Below, one piece after another: positions 27,512-36,745 of a DNA stretch of 64,000 bases. Location: IMG/VR virus record IMGVR_UViG_3300010965_000002, positions 96,001-160,000 of that record, one strand, 5' to 3'. Position 1 is the stretch's first letter. Each line of letters starts with the position of its first letter. The notes under the pieces are model-generated. The model saw only the letters and a program-made list of their open reading frames with translations, ran no database searches and was not told where the DNA came from. A program made the translations under genes and the position numbers. The DNA comes from a virus.

Positions 27512-29011
27512 TTAGAACGTGCCACCATCCAAGGTGATTGCGTCAATGGTGCCACCAGTGATTGCAACCGCCGAGGCATTCTGCACGGCCATAGTACCCA
27601 GACCGGAAATGTCCGTGTTCGGGATAGTGGAGCTAGCAGTCATGATGCCAGTACCGTTGCCCTTGACGTAACCAGTCAGTGACGCTGCACCTGTACCACC
27701 GTTGGCCGCTGTGACCACGCCTGTGACGTTGGCTGCATTGCCTGTGATGTTACCGGAGATAGTGGACGCTGCAATAGTGCCACCAGTGATATTTACAGCG
27801 GAGGCCGATTGGGTCGACATCGTACCCAAACCCGTGATGTCGGTATTGGGAATGGTCGAAACAGCCGTCATCGCAGAGGTGCCGTTACCCTTGACGTAAC
27901 CAGTCAGCGTTGCCGCGCCAGTACCACCGTTAGGAACGTTCACCACACCAGTAACGTTTGCTGCACTACCTGTGATGTTACCTGTGATGGTAGAACCAGC
28001 CACAGTACCACCAGTGATTGCAACCGCCGAAGCACTTTGGGTAGCCATAGTACCGAGGCCACCGATGTCAGCAGCCACCAGAGTAACTGCACCAACCTTA
28101 CCAGCAACGCTCACAACGTCAGGGCTGCCGCCTTCAACTTTGTCCCAAGTGGTGCCGTTGAAAACGATCAAGTCGCCCAAGCTCCATCCGGTGCTGCCGT
28201 CGATTGTGGTGTTACCTGCGGTTGCCACTTTGTAGTAGTAACCTTTGGTGCCAACACCGTTAGCAAGCGCAGGCGTATTGGTTGTTGCGTTCCAAGTGCC
28301 TTGGTAGTTCATACCGCCGAGCACACTGGCAGGCAGTTGCGATGTAGGAACTTTACCAGTGCCGTCCAAACCAGCGTAGCCGTTGGCAACACCCTTGTTT
28401 GCAACGCTTTCTGGAGTGAAGCCCAAAGAGGCAACCACATCAGCATTGGACATGTTTGCACCAACAGTCACACGACCGTAGGCATCAACGGTTGTCTTGG
28501 TGTAGGTACCAGCAGTAACGCCAGTGGTAGCCAAGTCAATGGTAGGTGCACCTGCAACACCGTCACCGTTGGCAACAGTGACGCGACCTGCTGTACCAGC
28601 CAGCACGCGAGTAGCGTAAACGCCTGAACTGGTTTGATACAGACCACCGAACGTAGCCAAGGCTGCGATTGCAGTCAGACCAGTTGCCAAAGGTTGAGCG
28701 AAGCCGCGTACCCAAGCGGTAGTAGCTGCGCTAGTGCTGTTGTTGGCACCAGCCACGGTAGGCACGTTAACCAAGCCAGTGAAGGTCTTGTCGCCTGTGA
28801 TGGTTTGGATACCATTCAGACTGACAAAGTTACCAAGCAAGCCTTGACCACCGATAGCAACCACAGTTGCTGCCGTGATACCAGTAGAGATACCCTTACC
28901 GTAGTAAAGGATGTCATCTACTTCGTTGTAGGCCAACTCAGCGTTGGTAAGACCAGCGGGAGCGCCAGCGCCACCAGTGGCACGGCGTTTGATACGAAAA
29001 ATGTTTGCCAT
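27512..29011 (-). CDS. Fibre-like virion protein with 76-aa internal repeats
   Basis: FRIKRR...ELAYNEVDDILYYG anchor; GLGTM repeats start at 28060, 27832 and 27604 (228-nt period); ends LDGGTF. Confidence 0.75.
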   Translation of the reverse strand: MANIFRIKRRATGGAGAPAGLTNAELAYNEVDDILYYGKGISTGITAATVVAIGGQGLLGNFVSLNGIQTITGDKTFTGLVNVPTVAGANNSTSAATTAWVRGFAQPLATGLTAIAALATFGGLYQTSSGVYATRVLAGTAGRVTVANGDGVAGAPTIDLATTGVTAGTYTKTTVDAYGRVTVGANMSNADVVASLGFTPESVANKGVANGYAGLDGTGKVPTSQLPASVLGGMNYQGTWNATTNTPALANGVGTKGYYYKVATAGNTTIDGSTGWSLGDLIVFNGTTWDKVEGGSPDVVSVAGKVGAVTLVAADIGGLGTMATQSASAVAITGGTVAGSTITGNITGSAANVTGVVNVPNGGTGAATLTGYVKGNGTSAMTAVSTIPNTDITGLGTMSTQSASAVNITGGTIAASTISGNITGNAANVTGVVTAANGGTGAASLTGYVKGNGTGIMTASSTIPNTDISGLGTMAVQNASAVAITGGTIDAITLDGGTF

Positions 29012-29025
29012 CTTGAGTCCTTGAG

Positions 29026-29400
29026 TTAGAAATTGCCGCCGTCAAGCAGTAATTGACGTGGGGCTGTTGTTGCGTGCCAGAGATTGTCCATAGTCGCATA
29101 CTCAGGTATGCTTCCATCGGGAGCGGGAGTCAACGACGCCAGATCGTTAGACCCGGTGCCGCCGCCGCCTCCGCCGTTGTTACCGGCGTTGGGGTCAGTT
29201 GTACCTACATAGTCAGGAAGCAGCGCGTCGCTTGCATTGACATCGGGGATTTGAATGATAGTCAACAACTTGTTGACCTCAAGCCTCCGCATTTCAAGTG
29301 TGATTTGAGATACGGTTCGTTCCGAACTTGGAGGCACAAAAGAACTATCGCTTAGGGGCAATACGCTGGCGGTGTTATTGATTAACCGAAATGATGCCAT
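29026..29400 (-). CDS. Virion-associated hypothetical protein
   Basis: In the structural operon; Gly linker; ends LDGGNF. Confidence 0.55.
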   Translation of the reverse strand: MASFRLINNTASVLPLSDSSFVPPSSERTVSQITLEMRRLEVNKLLTIIQIPDVNASDALLPDYVGTTDPNAGNNGGGGGGTGSNDLASLTPAPDGSIPEYATMDNLWHATTAPRQLLLDGGNF

Positions 29401-29461
29401 ATGCGCCCTTTAGAGATAGTCACCCGCTACCAGCGAGTCGAGATTTTGCCATGTGTACTCC

Positions 29462-29848
29462 TTAGTTTGTGAGGATACCGAGCTTTGCAGCACTTAACAA
29501 AAGGCCGACAATGGCAACGCCAATAGCCGCCCACAGCTTGTTGTTCACAGCCTTGAATGTCTCTGTCAAGGCATCGTACTGAGGGAACTTTTCGTTCACT
29601 CGGTCACGCACCTTCTCGAACCGTTCTTCAAGGTCGGCCAGTCGGCCTTTGTCCTCAGCGCGTCGTTCTTCCATGATCGCTAGCTTGGTAGCTACCTCGG
29701 TAAGCATACCTAACTGCTCTTGCATGTTGTCAAGCTGAGCCTGTTGACGAGTCTGTATTGATTGTTGGCCTGCAAGCATTGTCTGCTGCTGACTAACTAC
29801 CGTTTGCAGGCTGTTCAGGATTTGAGTTGATTGATCGTTCGCAGCCAT
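29462..29848 (-). CDS. Holin-like coiled-coil protein with C-terminal TM helix
   Basis: Long Q/E/R coiled coil followed by AIGVAIVGLLLSAAKLG. Confidence 0.45.
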   Translation of the reverse strand: MAANDQSTQILNSLQTVVSQQQTMLAGQQSIQTRQQAQLDNMQEQLGMLTEVATKLAIMEERRAEDKGRLADLEERFEKVRDRVNEKFPQYDALTETFKAVNNKLWAAIGVAIVGLLLSAAKLGILTN

Positions 29849-29888
29849 CTTTGGTGTGCCTTGTAGAAAAATTAACGCCGAGGTAGTC

Positions 29889-30446
29889 TTAGACTGTCCC
29901 GGCATATACATGTTGCAGCAACAAAGTGCTGTCTTCATTAGCTAAATTAGCTGCGACGTAAGCCCACCATGCGGCGGTAGGTACATCACGTTCGGTGTAG
30001 ATTTCACCTGGAGCGACAGGGATTAAGCTGTTTGCTTCGGTGACGGCGTTACCGCCTAGCCAAACGGTTTGTGTGCCTATGTTCTTAACGCGCAGCACTC
30101 TGCGACGACGATCACTACCCGCAATCTGAACACGCGTACCCATCGCAACCACAATCGGAGCACCCTCAGCCAGCGCATTGCTCTCTGGTGTAATGGTGCC
30201 TGAACCAATCAGTCGCACTGGAAGTGGTAGCTGACACGGGTCAAGAACGAAGATGGATTTCAGACCAGGGATTGCGTCACCCGGGTCTGGTTTGATAAGC
30301 AGCTTACCTTGACGCCAGCCACTGAGGATGTCGTTTGTCAGACGATACACCGTGACTGCCTTTTGCTGATCGAGCGTGGTATCGTCAAAAGCAACTCGAC
30401 CTGTCGAGGTGTTTGTAACTGTCCACTCGTAAATACGATTACTCAT
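29889..30446 (-). CDS. Hypothetical (probably virion) protein
   Basis: Coupled ORF; RRVLRVKNIGTQTVWLG beta-sandwich-like segment. Confidence 0.55.
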   Translation of the reverse strand: MSNRIYEWTVTNTSTGRVAFDDTTLDQQKAVTVYRLTNDILSGWRQGKLLIKPDPGDAIPGLKSIFVLDPCQLPLPVRLIGSGTITPESNALAEGAPIVVAMGTRVQIAGSDRRRRVLRVKNIGTQTVWLGGNAVTEANSLIPVAPGEIYTERDVPTAAWWAYVAANLANEDSTLLLQHVYAGTV

Positions 30447-30847
30447 TATGGCACCTTCACGTTAACACAGTTGTCCGTTCCCGCAAAGGGCACAGCCGGA
30501 GCATTGATGCTACGTTCAAATCGGTCAATTGCATGAGGACTTGACGAAGACTTAATGTCGTTTGGAAGCCATTGCAGATTGGAAACTGCGTCACACCCGC
30601 CGCAAGCTAAAGGAATGACGTGGTTCATAGCCCATCCGGGACAAGCTCCAGTGTACAGTCCAGTTGAAGGACATTGATGTACTTTTCTGAACGCGTAAGT
30701 CACGTCTGTTCGACGAATAATCAAACCTATAGCTGTACGTCTAGGCGTGCCGCAGTATCGTACTTCTGTCAAGGCCGGGAGAGTTGTCATCTGTGACCAA
30801 GCAAGCTCAGTCACAAACAACGTCAGGAGCAGTAGCACTCTCAGCAT
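30446..30847 (-). CDS. HNH-type nuclease with signal peptide
   Basis: Hydrophobic N-terminus LLLLTLFV..AWS; CPSTG...CPGWAMNHVIPLACGGCDAVSNLQW. Confidence 0.7.
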   Translation of the reverse strand: MLRVLLLLTLFVTELAWSQMTTLPALTEVRYCGTPRRTAIGLIIRRTDVTYAFRKVHQCPSTGLYTGACPGWAMNHVIPLACGGCDAVSNLQWLPNDIKSSSSPHAIDRFERSINAPAVPFAGTDNCVNVKVP

Positions 30848-30848
30848 A

Positions 30849-32591
30849 CTACGCCTGCAACTTAGCTAAGAAGCTAGGTGGCCGAACACCTATGTCTTTG
30901 AACTTGTCATAGAATTCAACCATGACGCTCGGGTCAACATAATTCTTTGCCGCTGTGCTCCACACAGTAGTCTGGGCAACACCTATACCCTTAACGTGAC
31001 CAAGAATACGACCAACATTTGTCAGTGCAGCCTTGAACGCTTCGTCAACCATCTTCTGATTGAGACCTCGACGCGCTGCAAGTTTCTCAGCAGCTAAGTC
31101 CAATTCGGTACGGGCCAAACGTGTACCACGCAGATGCCGCAACTTGTGAGGACTGGCTTCGGGCACACCACTTACTTGACGGAAATACAGGCGCAGCTTG
31201 TTCGCATTGAACACAGTACCATCAAACTCCCACAGCAAGTCTTTGCGTTGTTTACCTTCGCACAGTGTGTCCAACAGTGCAATCACCTGACGCATGTGAA
31301 CCGTCTCAGGCTTCAACGTATGCTTTTGTTGCGCACTGTCTTTGCCAACGTAGTCAAGGATGATTGTGTTGCCTCGACGCTTCACGTTACCAACCAGCAA
31401 CGTTGTCAAACCAAAGGTCGCACCGTTTTTATTGGCGTTGTCCTTACCACCGACTCGCGCACAGGTTTCGTACACCAACTCACACTGCGCTGCAAGCACC
31501 TTGGTGTTGAAGTCTTTGCCAGCAAGATCACGACGCCAGGCTTTCACCATGCGTGCTTCCTTGGCAATCAGCTTGTCAACCAGGCCAAACTTGTGGGCTC
31601 GATTCAGCAGCAGCTTTGTGCCCGTGTAGAAATACTGTTCGTTGTTCTTGCCAGCAGCGTCTTTGGTAGGCAACACAGCTTTGAACACCCAGTTGCCGTT
31701 GCGTCCAGGGATAGCATCTTTCTTTGGGTCGTAAGCTGGATTCATGACGATCTTCGACGCTGGGTCGAGATTATTAACGTCACCGCCAGTGCCAGTCTTC
31801 AAAGCCTCACCATCGCTGGTCATCAAGGCTCCGTCTTCACCGACTTTACCGTTGAAGCCTTTTGGCAAGCGGTGAGGGATGCCACGACCATCAAGGTGCT
31901 TGCGTGCGTCAGCTATGTCCACAGCGCCGCCTTGGTCACGCACGAATTCACGAAGCTCTTGCTTGTAAACAACAGTGAGGGCCCGACGCACGCTCAGATA
32001 TTCACTCCACAGTTCTGGGTTATCAGCACGTATTTGAACTTGCTGCTCCAGAGGAATGTTCAATGCTGATTGACCTGTCAGCTTCTTGACCACACGTTTG
32101 AGTTCGTCAACCAGAGGTGCTACGTCTTGAGCCTCAGTCTTGAACTGATTGAGCAAGATGGGCGGCAAATCAAGTTTACCAAGCGAGGACCGGATTGTTT
32201 CCAGAGTAGCAGGGTTCTCGCTCTTGTGCCACAGTCGTGCCTTGTTGATGATAGCCAATTCAAGATCGCTAACCTCTTGGTTTTTCTTGATGGATGGCAA
32301 CGCCACCCGCAAGTCGTTCAAGTGATTGAGCAGAATCTCTGCAAGGACGTCAGCATCGTCAGGCGGTGTAGCTGTAATCCATTCCGTGTAAGAACGGTAG
32401 GGCTTGATTGGAATACGGTGACGACGGCAGAAGGCTTCACCTTCTGGAACAGCTTTGCGCCATTCAGTCATCAACGTCTTTGGCAAGCATTCCTTCGTGG
32501 CACCAGCCCCAACACGAAGCCAGTACACCATGCTGGAAAGCAGAACAAATAAGTAGGAAGAGCTTGGAGTATTGGAGGCTAGTACGCGCAT
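30849..32591 (-). CDS. DNA topoisomerase IB (bacterial/viral type) with long N-terminal extension
   Basis: Catalytic pentad in order: ARVG, YVGK, HKLRH, LGHV, KNY(V)DP; also TFGLTTL. Confidence 0.85.
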   Translation of the reverse strand: MRVLASNTPSSSYLFVLLSSMVYWLRVGAGATKECLPKTLMTEWRKAVPEGEAFCRRHRIPIKPYRSYTEWITATPPDDADVLAEILLNHLNDLRVALPSIKKNQEVSDLELAIINKARLWHKSENPATLETIRSSLGKLDLPPILLNQFKTEAQDVAPLVDELKRVVKKLTGQSALNIPLEQQVQIRADNPELWSEYLSVRRALTVVYKQELREFVRDQGGAVDIADARKHLDGRGIPHRLPKGFNGKVGEDGALMTSDGEALKTGTGGDVNNLDPASKIVMNPAYDPKKDAIPGRNGNWVFKAVLPTKDAAGKNNEQYFYTGTKLLLNRAHKFGLVDKLIAKEARMVKAWRRDLAGKDFNTKVLAAQCELVYETCARVGGKDNANKNGATFGLTTLLVGNVKRRGNTIILDYVGKDSAQQKHTLKPETVHMRQVIALLDTLCEGKQRKDLLWEFDGTVFNANKLRLYFRQVSGVPEASPHKLRHLRGTRLARTELDLAAEKLAARRGLNQKMVDEAFKAALTNVGRILGHVKGIGVAQTTVWSTAAKNYVDPSVMVEFYDKFKDIGVRPPSFLAKLQA

Positions 32592-32592
32592 G

Positions 32593-32844
32593 TTAAAGGA
32601 ATCGTTTTATGGCCGACACTTCATCAGCCGTGAGGTTGATCGTCTCAGGCTTTCCGACGCTACCGATTTTAACGATAGTCACAGAGCCGTTCGGGTTGTT
32701 GCGAATCATGCCTTTGTCCAGTGGCAATTCGTTTGGTGTCAAACCAAGAACTGCCTGGGACATTCCAAGACGCATATTCTTAACGTCGAAGAAGGCATGC
32801 ACTTTTGTTTTGGCCTTTGTTAGCCGTGCGAGAATTGTTTTCAT
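32593..32844 (-). CDS. Hypothetical protein
   Basis: Operonic ORF. Confidence 0.6.
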   Translation of the reverse strand: MKTILARLTKAKTKVHAFFDVKNMRLGMSQAVLGLTPNELPLDKGMIRNNPNGSVTIVKIGSVGKPETINLTADEVSAIKRFL

Positions 32845-32850
32845 ACTCCG

Positions 32851-33087
32851 TTAGGCGTTAGGCAAGCGATTGGGGTGTGACTCGTGGTAAACAGTTTGGC
32901 CGTTGATAATCACCTCAGTGAATTTACCGTTGGCCGTTGGCTTACCAAAAACGTGCTGCGGCAAAGGACTCAGACCAGAGTACAGTTCGCCGCCATGTTG
33001 TACGCGATAAGGTGTTACCACCTCATGCATACCATGATTCTCTTGCTCGGCGTACACGCCTGCAGGGTTTGGTGTTCCATCAATCAT
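32851..33087 (-). CDS. Hypothetical protein
   Basis: Operonic ORF. Confidence 0.55.
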   Translation of the reverse strand: MIDGTPNPAGVYAEQENHGMHEVVTPYRVQHGGELYSGLSPLPQHVFGKPTANGKFTEVIINGQTVYHESHPNRLPNA

Positions 33088-33099
33088 GGTAGGTCCTTA

Positions 33100-33969
33100 T
33101 CAGAAGGTTGTTGCGCTGATGCAGATGTACTTGCCGCTTGCACCTTGATACTGGAATTGGTAGATGGCTTGAGAACCAGCAGCCGCCAGCAGAGGCGTGT
33201 ACACAGAGCCTGCAACGATGTCGGTGTCCAACACCATGCTACGACCGCCAGTACCGTCCTGGTACACACGGAAGGTAACAGTGCGTCCGTCGATACCATT
33301 GCTGATACTGAGGATGGTGTTGCCTGTCAGTGTCAGATCGTAAACGTCTGCGTCGTTGAAGTCTGCAACAACGTTTGGCGAGAAGGTCAGGACGCTGACA
33401 ATTGGAGCCGCCAGCGAAGCAGACAGAGGCACAGCACGAGAAGGGAACAAGTGAACAGTGTTTTGGCTCAGTGCAAACCCAACTGGCAGCACCCAACCAG
33501 TTGCCGGAGGTACTTGCGTGAGCACGCCGCCAGCAGCGATGTACACAGGTTGATTGACAACGAAGTTCCAACCGCCTGTACCGTTGATGGTGTTGACAAC
33601 AGGACCACCCCAAATAACGCTTGCCAGTTGACCAGCAGTTACGGAAGTCACGTTGATGCCCCACACAACGTCACGATGTGCAGGATTGGTGATGTCAGCC
33701 AAGATCACGCCGCCGATGCCCATGACTACAGCCACAAAAGCAGGCAGTGGAGCCAGAGCCACAACGGGGACTGGATTCTGACCTTGCTGGATTGCACCAA
33801 TGCCGTTACCGGGCACAGTTGGACACACGCAGGAACCAGTAGTCGTTGGGCAAGCGCCACCAGTTCCGCTACCGCTAGTGCTACCGCCGCCAAGACCCGT
33901 ATTGAGCACAGGCTCAGAGATAGAAACGTTCAGAGGCAGACCGCCGAAAAGTACATTTGTCGATGTCAT
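33100..33969 (-). CDS. Virion structural protein (cement/decoration-like domain)
   Basis: GINVTSVTAGQ...W.....PVYIAAGGVLTQVPP..GW...VGFA pattern. Confidence 0.6.
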   Translation of the reverse strand: MTSTNVLFGGLPLNVSISEPVLNTGLGGGSTSGSGTGGACPTTTGSCVCPTVPGNGIGAIQQGQNPVPVVALAPLPAFVAVVMGIGGVILADITNPAHRDVVWGINVTSVTAGQLASVIWGGPVVNTINGTGGWNFVVNQPVYIAAGGVLTQVPPATGWVLPVGFALSQNTVHLFPSRAVPLSASLAAPIVSVLTFSPNVVADFNDADVYDLTLTGNTILSISNGIDGRTVTFRVYQDGTGGRSMVLDTDIVAGSVYTPLLAAAGSQAIYQFQYQGASGKYICISATTF

Positions 33970-33971
33970 GA

Positions 33972-34358
33972 TTAAACCCTTGAAGAAGGAAAGATTTGAG
34001 GTTGTGTTGGACTACGCGGTTGGCAGTGTAAGATGCCACGTAACACGGTATCACGGAAACCAAACGGGTCGATTGCAAAGTTTGGTGCAACTAAATCTAA
34101 ATACCATGAGGCGCGTGTCCACTGCCAGGTAGCGGTTTCGGCTTGTGAAAAACCGACCCACAAAATGCCATCGGCCACCCAAGCCGCCTTGTTATTGGCG
34201 ACAGTGGCGACCGAATAGATTTCATTTGGATTGTCAGGATTGACCAAGCCGAATTCAGCACCCCAACCAGCTTTGCCGACCCATTCGACCAAGTTACCAG
34301 GTAATGTGCGTGTGAAGGTGAACTGTTTGCCCCAAGAGGAACCAGCTAACACGTTCAT
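33972..34358 (-). CDS. Hypothetical virion protein
   Basis: Start uncertain (34358 or 34382); GSSWGKQFTF pattern seen in baseplate/tail adaptor proteins. Confidence 0.45.
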   Translation of the reverse strand: MNVLAGSSWGKQFTFTRTLPGNLVEWVGKAGWGAEFGLVNPDNPNEIYSVATVANNKAAWVADGILWVGFSQAETATWQWTRASWYLDLVAPNFAIDPFGFRDTVLRGILHCQPRSPTQPQIFPSSRV

Positions 34359-34362
34359 CTTT

Positions 34363-34704
34363 TCATTTTGTAAGAGATTCATTTGGCACCTTGCAAGATG
34401 GTACAGGCTCGCAGCCTGGGTTGGTGAGCTTACACAACATATTGCGGGCTTCACGGTGGCGACAAGCGCAGGCATTCAACTTGTCAATTGACTCCTTGTA
34501 CGACACAAAGAAATCAGACGTTTCAGGTGTGTCGGAGATAGGAGTAAGAGTTACGTCGCAGACTTGGACGATGCGGGCGTCAACAACAGGCTTCGGCGCT
34601 TCGACCACACCGTTGTCCCGATTGCGTAGCGCATCCAGCCAAGCACAACCACTCAAGGCTGCGGCAACAATCAACGCTGTAAGGATTTTTGCAACTCGTT
34701 CCAT
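34363..34704 (-). CDS. o-spanin (Rz1-like lipoprotein)
   Basis: Signal peptide with lipobox LSGC; overlaps the i-spanin end. Confidence 0.8.
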   Translation of the reverse strand: MERVAKILTALIVAAALSGCAWLDALRNRDNGVVEAPKPVVDARIVQVCDVTLTPISDTPETSDFFVSYKESIDKLNACACRHREARNMLCKLTNPGCEPVPSCKVPNESLTK

Positions 34705-35069
34705 GTCTTACTCGCTTCCGTTGTAGGTTTGCAATCGCCCTTGGCATTTGGTACAACCAAAGGCTTGTTCTTGATCTGAATCAGAAGGTTTGCCGTGCTT
34801 GTGGCAAACGCCTTCTGTTGAGCGTCCAGTGCATCGGCCCGCGCAACGCTGTCTTTGCTCAGGACCAGTACCGCGTCGGTGAGTTCCTTGAGCTTGTCAG
34901 CTTGAGCCGCTTCAAGTTCCAGACGGGCTTTCTCATAGCCCTCTTTGTAGATGTTGTCACGCCAGTTGTTGACAGCCCACAGCGCAGCAGCTACCAACAG
35001 GAGAACGCTAACCAGTCCGGCAACAGGCTTAAACCAAGCCTTTGCGAGTAATGTTCCAAGTCCAAACAT
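34671..35069 (-). CDS. i-spanin (Rz-like)
   Basis: N-terminal TM, YxxGY, coiled coil, terminal Cys. Confidence 0.8.
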   Translation of the reverse strand: MFGLGTLLAKAWFKPVAGLVSVLLLVAAALWAVNNWRDNIYKEGYEKARLELEAAQADKLKELTDAVLVLSKDSVARADALDAQQKAFATSTANLLIQIKNKPLVVPNAKGDCKPTTEASKTWNELQKSLQR

Positions 35070-35129
35070 AGGAATTTTCCTTTATGATTCGTTCCAGTTG
35101 AAATTAGTGAAGAATTGCCTCCAGAAACG

Positions 35130-35159
35130 AAAAAGGGCTGCCAATTGGCAGCCCTTTTT
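35130..35159. terminator. Perfect 30-bp palindrome, terminator-like
   Basis: AAAAAGGGCTGCCAATTGGCAGCCCTTTTT just downstream of the primase stop. Confidence 0.75.
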
Positions 35160-35169
35160 ATGGTCAGTT

Positions 35170-36189
35170 TTATCCGATGGGATAGTAGTCAGGTAGCTCT
35201 CGAACGTTGGTTGTCTCAATCTTCCAACGCTTTTTCCAGGCTCGAATCTGCTCGATTGGTACGTTTCCAGGGTCTATCTTTCCGTCACCCTCAAATTGAA
35301 TCTTGACGCGATGCACGTAGTCTTTCAACATGGGACTCACCAGCTTGATAGCTCCCTGGCCAGCCGAGTCGTTGTCAAAAGACAGGAAGATACGGTCTGG
35401 GTCAAGCGTCATCAGCAAGTCACGCTTTTCTTCGCCCCAGTTATTCGTACCGAGCAAAGCAAGTGCAGGTATGCCACAACCGATCAGTCGAATAGCATCA
35501 CGAGGACCTTCAACCAGAAAGATGCTGCGATCTGTACGCACGGCCAGCATGGCCTCAACCACATGGTAGGGAAACAGCGCATGAGTCTTGACCCATTCAC
35601 CGGGAGCACTCAGATACTTGATACGTGTCTTCTTGAATACCTTGCAGCGTGCTTTGATTGCACCAGTGAGGACGTCGCCATTCCACTGTGGCAGAATACA
35701 TACCTGGTTGTCGAACTTTTCATCCAGACTTAACCAGCCGCCTATCTTGCGTACCAGCCATCCGGGTACACCACGCCATGATTGATTCTCAGGCCACGGT
35801 GCGTAGAACCCACAGTTCCATTGCTCAAGCAGAGTATCTATGTCCCAACCTTCACTCGGGTCGTATTGATCTTCTTCAACAGGAGATTCACGACGCACGT
35901 AGTTGGTGATTTGTGCGGAGTCACCCTCAATGGTTGCAAGTCCCAGCAATTTAGCCAATCCATTCCATCCACCGTTCTTGCCTGTTGATGCACGACAACC
36001 AAAACAGTAGTAACCACCAATGGGTGCCTTGCGATTGTTGCTATCCAGATTGATGTACAACGAGGGTTGAGTCTCATTGTGAAACGGACAGGGTATTGCT
36101 ACCCGTTTCTTGTTGTGCAAACGTTCACCCATGTGACGTTCGAGTTCAGCGACGATTACCTGATGGGCATCGCTTACGAATTTAGCCAT
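35170..36189 (-). CDS. DnaG-type DNA primase
   Basis: CPFHNE..PS...YYCFGC zinc finger; TOPRIM FLVEGPRD and FDNDSAG; AAGGA RBS before 36189 (ORF extends to 36219). Confidence 0.9.
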   Translation of the reverse strand: MAKFVSDAHQVIVAELERHMGERLHNKKRVAIPCPFHNETQPSLYINLDSNNRKAPIGGYYCFGCRASTGKNGGWNGLAKLLGLATIEGDSAQITNYVRRESPVEEDQYDPSEGWDIDTLLEQWNCGFYAPWPENQSWRGVPGWLVRKIGGWLSLDEKFDNQVCILPQWNGDVLTGAIKARCKVFKKTRIKYLSAPGEWVKTHALFPYHVVEAMLAVRTDRSIFLVEGPRDAIRLIGCGIPALALLGTNNWGEEKRDLLMTLDPDRIFLSFDNDSAGQGAIKLVSPMLKDYVHRVKIQFEGDGKIDPGNVPIEQIRAWKKRWKIETTNVRELPDYYPIG

Positions 36190-36240
36190 GATCTGTTCCT
36201 TATTGTCCGACGCCTTCACATTGCTGTGCGCATCACATCA

Positions 36241-36249
36241 TATTTACAG
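36241..36249 (-). promoter_or_regulatory. CTGTAAATA motif upstream of primase
   Basis: TATTTACAG on the + strand, intergenic. Confidence 0.55.
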
Positions 36250-36707
36250 TAAGCGTGTGCCCATGCAGATTCAAACTCTGGTCTGCCGTTGCCAATGTCA
36301 AACAAGACTCTACAGCAAGTAGTTCAGTTGTCAACTGATATTGATCTATTAGGATAGTAATGGGAATACACTGTATTGGGACATATATGTATTCCGCTGT
36401 CTCTAATAAGAGTGTGAATGATCTATGAACTATATGGGAAGTAGAGCTATGGCTATGGCTATTACTCTCATTCTCCAATAATGATACATGGGCCAGCTAC
36501 GGTCATCTTTCAGGCACAGCTACGTCCCAACTAATGCAATCCATTGAATACGTGCATATCACGAACTATGCCTGTAAAAACACCGCAACGAGGCCCTCAA
36601 TGGCATGGTTGACAACCTAACCAAAGCTATGCGAAGTTGTATAATTACATACAACTCTACACAGTTCCTATGCCTATGATGCTGAAACATTCGCTTGTAA
36701 CAGAAAG

Positions 36708-36716
36708 CTGTAAATA
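36708..36716 (+). promoter_or_regulatory. CTGTAAATA motif
   Basis: About 30 nt before the AGGAG-preceded ORF at 36746. Confidence 0.55.
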
Positions 36717-36745
36717 GTTCGTGTCAGTCAAACAACCAGGAGAAT

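Noticed and set aside
27809-33975. Long + strand ORFs (27809..28627, 31134..32069, 32884..33975)
   Set aside because: Antisense shadows of well-supported minus-strand virion and topoisomerase genes; no motifs or RBS.
36233-36478. Minus-strand 81-aa ORF in the divergent region
   Set aside because: Low-complexity AT-rich translation with no RBS; it overlaps the putative primase promoter.
36609-36645. Sigma70 promoter TTGACA...TATAAT
   Set aside because: Spacer is 25 nt, far from 16-18.
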